From a virus: DNA of 64,000 bases. Under the pieces are notes generated by a model that was given only the letters and a program-made list of their open reading frames with translations, was not told the origin of the DNA and did not search any database. The DNA is taken from positions 96,001-160,000 of IMG/VR virus record IMGVR_UViG_3300002144_000477; one strand, 5' to 3'. Shown piece by piece: positions 20,115-29,199 of the stretch (positions within the stretch are counted from its first letter, which is position 1; each line of letters begins with the position of its first letter). A program made the translations under genes and the position numbers.

Positions 20115-21063
20115 ATTGTTTTGCGAATCCTTCTTCAATGTCTACTTTAGGGTCAAATCCAAAATCTTCTTTTGCACGAGTAATATCTAATGCACCGCGA
20201 CTTGGGAAATCTGCATGTTTTTCTTTTACAGTAACAGCACCCTTGCCAACTAGTGTAATTGCTAAGTTTGCGGCTTCGAGCAATGTTTTACTATGACTCT
20301 TAGTAATGTTGTAGGTCTTGTTGACAGCATTTGGGCTTAGTCCTGCAAGGACCATACCTTCAGCGGCATCTTCAACAAAGGTGAAATCTAGTGTTTCATT
20401 TTCTCCGTTGACAGTAAGTTCGCTATTGCCCATTGCAGTAAGCAGAAACTTGCTAATAACACGGTCACTGACATCAAGCGGTCCGTATACGGCACTCGGG
20501 CGAATGATAGTATACTCTAGGCCATATTTGCGACAGTAGTCTTTAACTAGCATCTCGCCCGTTAGTTTAAGGATGCCGTACTCGCCTTGCGGGTTTAGAT
20601 CTGCATCTTCGTTGACATGGTCGTCAAAGTCACCGTAGACCATGCTACTACTGATATAGACAAAACGTTTAACCTCATACTTAACAGACATTTCTAACAA
20701 GTTAAGTAGTCCACCAATCATAGTGTTACTTGAACCACCGGGGTCTGCACCTACTACTTTTTGCCTAGGAGGACTAGCCAGGTGAAATACAATGTCTGGG
20801 CGCATGAATGCCATAGAGCTATCAACAAACTTTTTGTCAACAATGTCTTTATGTAGGTAGTTGGTGCTAACTAGATTAGGCGGCAATGACATGATAACTT
20901 TCATACGTTCGCCCAACAGGTACCCAACTTCTTTCATGCTGACAGCACCGTTGTAGTTAGTAAGGTTATCGTAAATACTAACGGGAATTTGATGGTCGTT
21001 AACTAATTTCTGTACCACGTGGTGACCAATTAATCCTAGTCCACCAGTAACAAGTGCTTTCAT
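20053..21063 (-). CDS. NAD-dependent epimerase/dehydratase
   Basis: LVTGGLGLIG, SSSMVYG, YGILK, RPSAVYGP. Confidence 0.92.
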   Translation of the reverse strand: MKALVTGGLGLIGHHVVQKLVNDHQIPVSIYDNLTNYNGAVSMKEVGYLLGERMKVIMSLPPNLVSTNYLHKDIVDKKFVDSSMAFMRPDIVFHLASPPRQKVVGADPGGSSNTMIGGLLNLLEMSVKYEVKRFVYISSSMVYGDFDDHVNEDADLNPQGEYGILKLTGEMLVKDYCRKYGLEYTIIRPSAVYGPLDVSDRVISKFLLTAMGNSELTVNGENETLDFTFVEDAAEGMVLAGLSPNAVNKTYNITKSHSKTLLEAANLAITLVGKGAVTVKEKHADFPSRGALDITRAKEDFGFDPKVDIEEGFAKQYEWLSNSVYWNQKAIQKLTK

Positions 21064-21383
21064 TTTCTGTTTCCCCATTTTAGTTCGTGAAATGTGTAAT
21101 TGACGTCTTCAAGCTCGCCGACAATGGCTATAGTATAGCTATAATTATACGAGTCAACGTCGGTGTAAAAAGTTATCTCTCCAATGGCATTTTCCATGCA
21201 CCATTTACCGTGCTCGGACTGTTGCCATTCGTAAATTGGGCCGGCAGCATACAATACCGGATCTTCGCAATCGCCAATTGAAAATTTATGCATTATGAGC
21301 TTTCGTGTTAACCCATTGGCAAGTTTTGGCATTTGGCGATGACTCCAAATCTTAGACGGCCATTGGTGCTTTAATTGTGCCAT
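21060..21383 (-). CDS. hypothetical phage protein
   Basis: ORF coupled between thyA and the epimerase; DCEDPVLYAA motif; start uncertain. Confidence 0.7.
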   Translation of the reverse strand: MAQLKHQWPSKIWSHRQMPKLANGLTRKLIMHKFSIGDCEDPVLYAAGPIYEWQQSEHGKWCMENAIGEITFYTDVDSYNYSYTIAIVGELEDVNYTFHELKWGNRK

Positions 21384-22263
21384 GGCTTTGGTATCCTACT
21401 AGCTTAATATCGTCCATTGTGAACTTATTAATGTCTGTGATGTCTGGGTTTAACCAAAGAGTTGGTTCAGGTAATGGTTCACGTGTTAATTGTTCTTTTA
21501 CCTGTTCAATATGATTTAAGTAGATGTGTGCATCGCCGAGAACGTGAACGAACTCACCGACCTTAAGGCCGCACACTTGAGCTATCATCGCCGTTAAGAG
21601 GGAGTAGCTAGCGATATTAAATGGGACTCCTAAAAACATATCACAACTTCTTTGATACATTTGGCAAGACAGTTTATTATCTTGACTAACGTAAAACTGT
21701 GCAAACATATGACAAGGCGGTAAAGCCATTTGGTCTAGTTCACCAGGGTTCCAAGCACTTAATATATGTCGACGTCCATATGGATCTATTTTAATTCCGT
21801 TAATTAAGTCTGCTAGCTGATCAGTTTCTTTGATGTGTATAGAGCCACCGCGATTGTAGTAGTTGCCGAAATCGTCTCTAAAAATTTCTTTACTGTGAAT
21901 AATAGGAGTCTGCCACTTGCGCCATTGCACACCATACACACGACCTAGGTCGCCTTCAGACTTAGCGTTAGGTTTCCAGTATGGTGCTAGTGCATTAGGA
22001 GTCCAGATAGTTACTGTGCCTTCGCTAGTACCGTGGGTAATCTCAGCAAGACGTCGTTCGTTACCACTGCCTTCGATGAACCACAATAGCTCACCAGTGA
22101 GCGCCTTCCATGCTAGTTTTTTAGTTGTTACCGCAGGAAATGATTCTTCTAAATTATATCGTTGTTGCATACCGAACAGACTGATAGTACCAGTTCCTGT
22201 GCGGTCGCCGCGAACGGAACCTTTATCAAGTACTTCTTTTAATGCGTTTAAATAAGTTTTCAT
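21352..22263 (-). CDS. thyA: thymidylate synthase
   Basis: DRTGTGT, TTKKL, YGVQWR, MALPPCH, YQRSCDMFLGVPFNIASY, GDAHIY. Confidence 0.98.
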   Translation of the reverse strand: MKTYLNALKEVLDKGSVRGDRTGTGTISLFGMQQRYNLEESFPAVTTKKLAWKALTGELLWFIEGSGNERRLAEITHGTSEGTVTIWTPNALAPYWKPNAKSEGDLGRVYGVQWRKWQTPIIHSKEIFRDDFGNYYNRGGSIHIKETDQLADLINGIKIDPYGRRHILSAWNPGELDQMALPPCHMFAQFYVSQDNKLSCQMYQRSCDMFLGVPFNIASYSLLTAMIAQVCGLKVGEFVHVLGDAHIYLNHIEQVKEQLTREPLPEPTLWLNPDITDINKFTMDDIKLVGYQSHGTIKAPMAV

Positions 22264-22741
22264 ATTTTACAAATGTTGCCTTGGAGTCTGGACTAGCACT
22301 GCATGTAACTGGATGCATTCCTAGTAGTAGTTCTTTTATATCAATTCTAACATCTATTTTATACGAACCCTTGACATGTGTCAAGTAACATCTGTCCAAT
22401 ACATCTTTAGCGGCAAGAACAATTTTAGGCCCACCGATAACAAATATCTGCTTAGTAGGATTAGCCTGTTCTAAAGTTAACAGTTCATCACCTAGGTTAT
22501 CGCCGTAAAGTGGTCTAGCATATACTCCTAACGTAGAAACTCTGTTAGTAACTACGTAACAAGTGCGCCCGCTCAATGGCTTAGGAAACTTATTGTCGTC
22601 CCATGTATTTCTACCCATAACAACAATGTTGTTCATGGTTAGTTTTTTAAAAAATTGTAGATCTTCGGGAAGGTGCCAAGGGAGGGAACCTTGGTATCCC
22701 ATCCCTCCCCGGCTGTCTACTGCTAATAATGCAGAAATCAT
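22226..22741 (-). CDS. folA: dihydrofolate reductase
   Basis: LPWHLPEDLQFFK, MGRNTW, PLSGR, VIGG; adjacent to thyA. Confidence 0.93.
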   Translation of the reverse strand: MISALLAVDSRGGMGYQGSLPWHLPEDLQFFKKLTMNNIVVMGRNTWDDNKFPKPLSGRTCYVVTNRVSTLGVYARPLYGDNLGDELLTLEQANPTKQIFVIGGPKIVLAAKDVLDRCYLTHVKGSYKIDVRIDIKELLLGMHPVTCSASPDSKATFVKYENLFKRIKRST

Positions 22742-23118
22742 TTTAAATTTCTAAGTATTTCGTCGGTAAGTGGTTGAACTGTATCAGCTACATAATCGAG
22801 GTTAATGTAAAAATCTACATCATCGATTATGTGATCAAGCGCTTCAAGTCTACTATTAATCATTAGCTCAACATCGTCTGGGTGAAGTCCTTGATCTACT
22901 AACAATTCAATCACGTCAATACGTACAATGGTGCCATCCTTAAGATTAACATCTAACCCTTCCAGGCAATGTACCGGCACTTGCGACTTATCGACGTCTC
23001 CTAAAATCTTCTCCCAGACTTCCTTCTTTGTTATCTTAAGCCGTTTGCCCCGCCTTGGTCCGGCCGGTTTTTTCGGTTCTTGTTTTTTTGCTGGCATTTG
23101 ATAAACCTTTGGCTTCAT
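22738..23118 (-). CDS. hypothetical phage protein
   Basis: ORF in minus-strand operon; start uncertain. Confidence 0.65.
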   Translation of the reverse strand: MKPKVYQMPAKKQEPKKPAGPRRGKRLKITKKEVWEKILGDVDKSQVPVHCLEGLDVNLKDGTIVRIDVIELLVDQGLHPDDVELMINSRLEALDHIIDDVDFYINLDYVADTVQPLTDEILRNLK

Positions 23119-23701
23119 CTTTTAGTCGTTTTGCCTCAGCCAGTAGGCCCTTTGCTTGGGCTTCCATGTCAGTGGCTTGTTTAGTTAATCCTTGTGCGAT
23201 ATCTGAATCAGATAACACGCTGTCCTGTGGCGCCACTATAGCCTCAGTAACAACAGGTGGTTCTCCAACATCGCGCCCTCTAGTAAACGGGGTAGCTGAC
23301 ATGCCAGCGTTAGCATCCATATCGGCAGCACGTTTAGCGGCAGCATTACCAGCTGCCATGTCTTTAAGAATTTTATTAACTTCGTCTAGACGTTGCCTAG
23401 TTTTGCTATTAGGAGTTAGCAACACTTGATTGTTAGGCACTTTCTTAATTCGATGTTCGCTATGCAAGACATCTAAGATTCGACGACCATCGCTCATTGT
23501 AGTACGGTGCAATACATCGGCTAAGTCGATTGTATTTTGTGCCAGCACACCTTCAACAGTTCGCATTAACTCGTCATGCACCAATTGCGGGAGCTCGTCG
23601 CTGTATGTGATCAATGCCATCCAGTCCTCGTCTGGCACTTCTCGGAATAGTACAATACATCTACGTTGGTTATGTATTGCAACATGTTTTGTGAAACTCA
23701 T
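23036..23701 (-). CDS. hypothetical phage protein with C-terminal coiled coil
   Basis: AGGAG SD; 221 aa. Confidence 0.8.
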   Translation of the reverse strand: MSFTKHVAIHNQRRCIVLFREVPDEDWMALITYSDELPQLVHDELMRTVEGVLAQNTIDLADVLHRTTMSDGRRILDVLHSEHRIKKVPNNQVLLTPNSKTRQRLDEVNKILKDMAAGNAAAKRAADMDANAGMSATPFTRGRDVGEPPVVTEAIVAPQDSVLSDSDIAQGLTKQATDMEAQAKGLLAEAKRLKDEAKGLSNASKKTRTEKTGRTKAGQTA

Positions 23702-23712
23702 TTTGCTCTCCT

Positions 23713-23973
23713 TTATGCTTCTAGCGAAGCAGTTTCTTCTGGTGTTTCGGCATTTGCTGTTTCGGCATTTGCTGTTTCGCGAGTGATAGCACCGCTTGCT
23801 TCCAGGAATGCTAATAGTCGATCGTGCAAGCCGCCAATGTTAACCATCTCGTCTGCACGGAACGCACCACGCTTTGCACATACTTGCACAGTTTGCAACA
23901 TTAGCAACAAATCGGTAATACCCAATCCGACGGGTGCGGCTGCCGCTTCAGTTGTTTGTTCTACTTCACTCAT
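23713..23973 (-). CDS. hypothetical phage protein
   Basis: AAGGAG SD; KRGAFRADEM motif; ETANA repeat. Confidence 0.8.
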   Translation of the reverse strand: MSEVEQTTEAAAAPVGLGITDLLLMLQTVQVCAKRGAFRADEMVNIGGLHDRLLAFLEASGAITRETANAETANAETPEETASLEA

Positions 23974-24053
23974 TAATAAAAACTCCTTATTGGTGTTGTA
24001 ATATATAGTTATATTTAAACTATAATACTCTGATTAAAAAATTATTTTTTGGA

Positions 24054-24353
24054 CTAAAACCATTCGTTAGATGGTTGATTTATTTGATTTAGCATAAGCG
24101 AGAAGTAAGTAGCTTCGCTATGCTCTTCAAATGCAACAGTAGAAAGTATGTCAAGTTTACGCTCAACACCGGATCGTACTTGAGTATCTCCAATCCAATA
24201 ACGACCTTCTAAATTCTCATATACCCAATTACTGATGTCGAGTTCGGACGCATTTTTACTAAATGAAACAGGCATAAAGTGAGGAGGGCAATGCGTAACT
24301 ACCCTCCTTGTACCCGATATGTTAAACCAATTTGGCTCAAGCAGTTTAAGCAT
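24054..24353 (-). CDS. hypothetical phage protein
   Basis: Coupled ORF, WVYENLEGRY..FEEHSEATYF. Confidence 0.75.
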   Translation of the reverse strand: MLKLLEPNWFNISGTRRVVTHCPPHFMPVSFSKNASELDISNWVYENLEGRYWIGDTQVRSGVERKLDILSTVAFEEHSEATYFSLMLNQINQPSNEWF

Positions 24354-24651
24354 TTACCGAATCTTGTTTGTTTGTTACCAGCACAATTTTAATTGGATCC
24401 TTGTCAACTTGCACAGGCATAATCTTAGTCTTTAGCACTTGCTCGGCACTGTCTTTAAAACTGTTAATTAGGTTCAACTGATTCATAGCAACTGCAATTT
24501 CAATACTGCGAGCCAAATCTTCTAGTACATGCTCGAGTGCTTTAATACGATCCACTGCTTCTTCTAGCGTTGCAGGCAAGTTAAGCCACGCATTATTATC
24601 TGAATCAATCTCTACATTCTCACTAGTAGCATTAACTACGATATCAGTCAT
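24346..24651 (-). CDS. hypothetical coiled-coil protein
   Basis: AAGGAG SD, ATGA overlap with upstream stop. Confidence 0.75.
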   Translation of the reverse strand: MTDIVVNATSENVEIDSDNNAWLNLPATLEEAVDRIKALEHVLEDLARSIEIAVAMNQLNLINSFKDSAEQVLKTKIMPVQVDKDPIKIVLVTNKQDSVNA

Positions 24652-25520
24652 TTAGTAACTCCTTGTTCTATAATTTTACGCATAAACTTTAGTGCGTCGT
24701 TGTAACTAGTTGCAGTAATTTCTTCGTCATAAATGTATGTTTCGCGCCCGTAGTATGTAGACTTCGAAAACCCGTTCAACCCACGACAGTCCCAGCAGTG
24801 TGATGCACCTTCGTAATCAATAAACTCGCTCAATGGCTGTTTAGATTTAATTTTGTTGTACAGCCGTGATACGCATCCAGTTCCGCGCTCAACATCGTTA
24901 GTGCCGCTCATCCAAATAATAGGGCGAGCAATGTCCGTTGACAACCAGGTATTATCAGTATATGAACACCCACCATAAAATGCAACTGCGGCAACTGGAA
25001 TGACATAGCCTTTTTCTTTAGCTTCTTCAATGATAAAATCTTGCAAGCCCATTGCAGATACCATTGCGCCAAGGCTTGTACCCGAAGTGAAAATCATATT
25101 GGGATTAACACCTGGGACTTTGGCCAACTCAGTTGCGGCTACATACATATCCTTAACAAGGCGTTCTTCGCCTAGTGGCTTGTCCTTGCCGCAATTTCTG
25201 CGAGGGCGACCTTGACCTGAAAAATCGGAAATAGCAACAGTATATCCTTCTTTTAGCATAGCCTTCACTAATCGCATAACATCAGTATCATTACGCTGAT
25301 GGATGCCTGCGCACGATGGCAAAAAGACTACCCCGGCACCATTCTGTTTTTCGGGCAAGTAAATCGGTGCACCATATGGCTCGCCGATTTCGGTAGTAGG
25401 TTGTTTAAACTTTAGATCTTCGTAGCCGTTGTCTTTAATGTAAGAGCGGCTCCATGCCATAGCAGAGCTAGCTACTAGAGACAAACTTACAATAACGGTT
25501 GCAGTTCTTAAAAATTTCAT
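24648..25520 (-). CDS. exported alpha/beta hydrolase, dienelactone-hydrolase-like
   Basis: Signal peptide MKFLRTA..SAMA, nucleophile elbow GTSLG, GTND, GASH; AGGAG SD before ATG 25520. Confidence 0.8.
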   Translation of the reverse strand: MKFLRTATVIVSLSLVASSAMAWSRSYIKDNGYEDLKFKQPTTEIGEPYGAPIYLPEKQNGAGVVFLPSCAGIHQRNDTDVMRLVKAMLKEGYTVAISDFSGQGRPRRNCGKDKPLGEERLVKDMYVAATELAKVPGVNPNMIFTSGTSLGAMVSAMGLQDFIIEEAKEKGYVIPVAAVAFYGGCSYTDNTWLSTDIARPIIWMSGTNDVERGTGCVSRLYNKIKSKQPLSEFIDYEGASHCWDCRGLNGFSKSTYYGRETYIYDEEITATSYNDALKFMRKIIEQGVTK

Positions 25521-25539
25521 GATAACTCCTGTGTGTATG

Positions 25540-25579
25540 TGTTGCTGTCTATGTATACTATTATACAGATCACCAACCA
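25540..25579. repeat. 40-bp promoter/leader repeat, copy 1
   Basis: Identical to 29114..29153. Confidence 0.9.
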
Positions 25580-25588
25580 AAAGGTCAA
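25560..25588 (-). promoter_or_regulatory. sigma70-type early promoter
   Basis: TTGACC-17-TATAAT. Confidence 0.85.
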
Positions 25589-25658
25589 CCGAAATATAAC
25601 ACTTTTTCCAGAATTCTACAAAAAGATCACCGGAAAAAGTGTGGTTTTATTGCAACAA

Positions 25659-26921
25659 TTAGCGTTTAGCTACTTCTTCTTCGTAATGTGCCCAAATACC
25701 AAACGGTGGCTCAGCAGTTGGATTACCTTTAATAACAAACACTGTATCGCAGTAATTTGCGTCACCCCAGCTATTCCATGGATAACCATCTGTGAACATG
25801 ATAAACTTCTTGGGTTCAATCCCATGCTCTTTCATGTATGTCCAGTTAGCGTCGAAGTCGGTGCCACCGCCGCCCTCAGGGTGATATTCAGTGATGTCTT
25901 GCATATTGTCCGAAGTAAACTCTTGTTCGTTGTATACCTCGGTATCAAAGCTCCATACACGAATTTTATATTCGTCGTATTGTTGCATAATGCCCTGGAT
26001 CTCGCCAAGGAAGTCTTTGATATCCTGTTCGCCAATTGACCCAGATGTGTCAACTGCAACGCAAACATCAATTTGAGTTCCCGGAATACTGCCCGGCATA
26101 ATAGCATCGGTGTGCCATCCTTTACGACTTGGACGAGTCCAAGTAAAATCGTTTTTAACAGTACTTTGAATTTGTTGGTCAATCAAATCACGCCAGTTAA
26201 TAACCGGGCGAGTCAGATCTTTAATAAGACGTCGGACTCCAGCTGGCAACTGCCCAGCTTCGGCACTCTTTGCGGCATTTAGCATAGCCTCTTTAATTTC
26301 GTCCCTCACTGCACGCCGCTCTTCTTCGGACATGGTAGGGCGTTTGCCTTTTCCGTCTTTGCTATCACCATCACCATCACCGTCACCATCACCATCAAGG
26401 TGTTCGTCTAACAGTTGGTCAAGAAGCTCTGCAATTTCTTGCTGGTCGGCATTCTCTAATAAGTCGTCGTATACTTCTTCAGCGGACCAGCCGCGGTATT
26501 TTGGACTATACAGGATAGGTACTGAAACAATTCGATCGCCGATATTTTGATCTAGCAAGTCAGAGTTAACGCAGTAGTCTGCCGCAATGTTAAAAATCTT
26601 CGGGTCACGTTCAGCACGGCGCCCAACATGATCGTATACACAATGCAATACTTCGTGCCCAAACAAAAACTCAAGTTGTCGCAACGGCAACGATGTTACA
26701 AATTTACTATTGTAATAGAATTTGCGTCCGTCTGTAGCGGCAGTTGGGCACCAATCGTCTGCATTAACTAATTGCAATCGTGTAGCCAAATTGCCAAAAA
26801 ACGGCGCACGTAGTAGCAAGCCGACTCGAGCAGTAACAAGAGCTTCGACAGCCTTAGCGTCAACTACAGGATCTGTATTTGATGTATTTTTTGATTTCTC
26901 AGCAAGAGTAGTATCAGTCAC
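25659..26921 (-). CDS. zincin metallopeptidase + VWA domain protein (DUF2201-like)
   Basis: TAATDG, HEVLH, DG-repeat linker, MIDAS DTSGS, GGGTDF, FTDG; GTG start with AGGAG SD. Confidence 0.9.
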   Translation of the reverse strand: MTDTTLAEKSKNTSNTDPVVDAKAVEALVTARVGLLLRAPFFGNLATRLQLVNADDWCPTAATDGRKFYYNSKFVTSLPLRQLEFLFGHEVLHCVYDHVGRRAERDPKIFNIAADYCVNSDLLDQNIGDRIVSVPILYSPKYRGWSAEEVYDDLLENADQQEIAELLDQLLDEHLDGDGDGDGDGDSKDGKGKRPTMSEEERRAVRDEIKEAMLNAAKSAEAGQLPAGVRRLIKDLTRPVINWRDLIDQQIQSTVKNDFTWTRPSRKGWHTDAIMPGSIPGTQIDVCVAVDTSGSIGEQDIKDFLGEIQGIMQQYDEYKIRVWSFDTEVYNEQEFTSDNMQDITEYHPEGGGGTDFDANWTYMKEHGIEPKKFIMFTDGYPWNSWGDANYCDTVFVIKGNPTAEPPFGIWAHYEEEVAKR

Positions 26922-26950
26922 GGGCTTCTCCTTTTGTACAGTATTTAACT

Positions 26951-26979
26951 ATTATACAGTTAACATCTCAATTAGTCAA
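26951..26979 (-). promoter_or_regulatory. sigma70-type early promoter
   Basis: TTGACT-17-TATAAT. Confidence 0.85.
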
Positions 26980-27000
26980 CCTAAATTTAGCTAAAGTATG

Positions 27001-27062
27001 CACGGGCAGTCTAATAAAGTTGGGGGACTTACGGAATAAATCCCGCCCCCATCGCCCGTGAC
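27001..27062 (-). other. GC-rich nested inverted repeat, candidate structured RNA
   Basis: CACGGGC/GCCCGTG outer stem and TGGGGG/CCCCCA inner stem in the intergenic gap. Confidence 0.55.
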
Positions 27063-27071
27063 AGCGAACTA

Positions 27072-28175
27072 TTATCGAGCGTTAGCGGCAGTAATGTACT
27101 TGCCGAATCGTTGATGAAACTCGTTGAAGTTTTTCAACTTACCTGGAATCAGTGGCAAGTTGTAAGTAGTTAAAGCAACCTTTGCGCCAACGACTACTAG
27201 TTCGGTAGTGAAATTATCCATCATAAAGCGGATAAATCTATCGGCTTGCGTATGCCACTCACCGATATTAGCAGGACCGAGCTTTTTAAATTGCTCTTGA
27301 AGTTCGTAGCACATGCCTGTAACCAAAGAGTACATAGCACTAATTTCTTTAGTTTTAAGTTCAGTGACTTTGCCATTGAGCACGTCTTCGGGGTTAGGCA
27401 TTTCGCCAGACACACGTCGGTGTGCCATAAACTTAACTGCAAGGCCCTCGCCTACAGTACCTGCGATCAAATCGGTTAGTTCGTCGTGACTAATATCGCC
27501 TTCTTGCAAAAACTCGCTAACAAACGCCCATGTACGCGGAGTAGCAAAACTACGACTTGGGCTACGTGGGTCAAAGTCGAACAAATCAGCTTTGGCAAAT
27601 GTCAAGTAACCGACTACATCTTTATGCAAACGATTATTAACAGCCCACGTCTGCCATGACTCGAAGTCGGGGCGGACTTCCAGGTGAACAAATCGATTGG
27701 CTAGAGGAGTAGGCATACGGTAAGTAACACCTTTATCGCTTTCTCGATTACCAGCGGCAACTAGCACCACGTTATCAGGCAACACATACTTGCCAACCCG
27801 ACGATTCAGGATGAGTTGGTATGCGGCAGCCTGTACAGCTGGCGCCGCAGAGTTTAGCTCGTCGAGGAACAAGATAATAACAGGGTACTGACTTGCCATT
27901 TCTTCATCGGGCAAGTCAATCGGTGGAGCCCAGTCCATCTTACCGCTATCGCGATTAAAAAACGGAATGCCTCGAATGTCAGTGGGCTCCATTTGGCCTA
28001 GGCGCAAGTCAATCATATGGCCACCAAGGTCTGTAGCCAAGCCAGCGACGAGGTCGGACTTGCCAATGCCTGGAGGACCCCACAAAAACACAGGGCGCTT
28101 AATGTTGAAACAGCGAAGTACACGCCCCCGGGCTTCGGAAGGGGTTACGGTACGGGTAGTAGTAATATCACTCAT
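27072..28175 (-). CDS. MoxR-like AAA+ ATPase
   Basis: GPPGIGKS, LFLDE, AAGN, LANRF, TPRTW; adjacent VWA partner. Confidence 0.9.
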   Translation of the reverse strand: MSDITTTRTVTPSEARGRVLRCFNIKRPVFLWGPPGIGKSDLVAGLATDLGGHMIDLRLGQMEPTDIRGIPFFNRDSGKMDWAPPIDLPDEEMASQYPVIILFLDELNSAAPAVQAAAYQLILNRRVGKYVLPDNVVLVAAGNRESDKGVTYRMPTPLANRFVHLEVRPDFESWQTWAVNNRLHKDVVGYLTFAKADLFDFDPRSPSRSFATPRTWAFVSEFLQEGDISHDELTDLIAGTVGEGLAVKFMAHRRVSGEMPNPEDVLNGKVTELKTKEISAMYSLVTGMCYELQEQFKKLGPANIGEWHTQADRFIRFMMDNFTTELVVVGAKVALTTYNLPLIPGKLKNFNEFHQRFGKYITAANAR

Positions 28176-28207
28176 GTCACGGGTTCCTTAAAAGTTACTA
28201 TGCTGTA

Positions 28208-28236
28208 AGTATATGACACTTTTTGGTTTGTGTCAA
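28208..28236 (-). promoter_or_regulatory. sigma70-type early promoter
   Basis: TTGACA-17-TATACT. Confidence 0.8.
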
Positions 28237-28247
28237 GCGATTTGTTA

Positions 28248-28592
28248 TTAATCTAAGCGTGAGCCAACATAAATGTCGATATCGTTAAACGAGTTTTTCA
28301 TCACTGTGACAAATGCCTTTGCTCCTACTTCTTTGGCGTCAACGCTTTGGGTAAACGTCTTGTCCGGACTCCAAAACTTCAGTGACTTACTGTACGAATC
28401 CTTGCGGAACCCATTTGCAATCAGCGCCTTGCCCAGTTTGCTGTTGGCACGAACACCGTAGATGTCAACCCAGGTAAAGCCACATCCGCCACGTTCGCCG
28501 TGCTGGGCAATATAGTTTTGCGTCTGACGAGTAGCTTCTACCACCGCTTGATTAACTGCGGCTTCTGCGAGAACATTGATGTCTGTAGTCAT
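28248..28592 (-). CDS. hypothetical phage protein
   Basis: CGFTWV..TQSVDAKE..GSRLD; AAGGA SD. Confidence 0.8.
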   Translation of the reverse strand: MTTDINVLAEAAVNQAVVEATRQTQNYIAQHGERGGCGFTWVDIYGVRANSKLGKALIANGFRKDSYSKSLKFWSPDKTFTQSVDAKEVGAKAFVTVMKNSFNDIDIYVGSRLD

Positions 28593-28604
28593 TTTTCAGG
28601 TTCC

Positions 28605-28811
28605 TTAAACAAAATCGTAAAATGTTGCTTCCATACCGGACTTGCCAAAGCAGATGCCAACTGTCTGATTGTTGACACTGAGCATACGGTAAACTTCAGT
28701 AGCAATCGCTGAGTCCTGTGTCTCCAGGAACATGGTGCCGTTGAAGAAAGAAGCATCAACATCAGTAACTGACTCGGTGATTGCCAAACAACGTTCTTCG
28801 AAATTCATCAT
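28605..28811 (-). CDS. small hypothetical protein, paralog of 28897..29100
   Basis: FFNGTMFLE...FYDFV; AGGAG SD. Confidence 0.75.
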   Translation of the reverse strand: MMNFEERCLAITESVTDVDASFFNGTMFLETQDSAIATEVYRMLSVNNQTVGICFGKSGMEATFYDFV

Positions 28812-28843
28812 CTTCAACTCCTGTTTTGCTTTGCTATGTATAT

Positions 28844-28872
28844 ATTATAACAAATTTGGTAATTATTGTCTA
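28844..28872 (-). promoter_or_regulatory. sigma70-type early promoter
   Basis: TAGACA-17-TATAAT. Confidence 0.75.
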
Positions 28873-28896
28873 CCAAAAACTTAGTTCTTGTTGTTT

Positions 28897-29100
28897 TTAA
28901 GCAACAAAATCGTAAACATATTCACCGCCTGCTTTGCTCTGTTGAACCTTACAGTTAGTGGATTCCTGCAACATTGTCAGCACCTGTTCAGCGGCATCAG
29001 AATCGCATTCAACGAACAGTGAACCGTTAAAGAAACATGCCTTACGCTCTTCCTGGATAACTTCTGCTACTTGATGTAAAACTACTGTTTCGAATCCCAT
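28897..29100 (-). CDS. small hypothetical protein, paralog of 28605..28811
   Basis: FFNGSLFVE...VYDFVA; AGGAG SD before ATG 29100. Confidence 0.75.
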   Translation of the reverse strand: MGFETVVLHQVAEVIQEERKACFFNGSLFVECDSDAAEQVLTMLQESTNCKVQQSKAGGEYVYDFVA

Positions 29101-29113
29101 ATCAACTCCTGTT

Positions 29114-29153
29114 TGTTGCTGTCTATGTATACTATTATACAGATCACCAACCA
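29114..29153. repeat. 40-bp promoter/leader repeat, copy 2
   Basis: Identical to 25540..25579. Confidence 0.9.
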
Positions 29154-29162
29154 TAATGTCAA
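29134..29162 (-). promoter_or_regulatory. sigma70-type early promoter, perfect consensus
   Basis: TTGACA-17-TATAAT. Confidence 0.9.
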
Positions 29163-29199
29163 CCAAAATCTACAAAAATATTGTAAAAAATTGTTGTGT

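Noticed and set aside
26363-26397. CCATCA microsatellite as a phase-variation site
   Set aside because: In-frame hexamer encoding an Asp-Gly linker; slippage would not shift the frame.
25521-29166. Shared N-terminus MVGDLYNSIHRQQ in two track ORFs as a protein motif
   Set aside because: It is the translated 40-bp promoter repeat; the real starts follow AGGAG downstream at 25520 and 29100.
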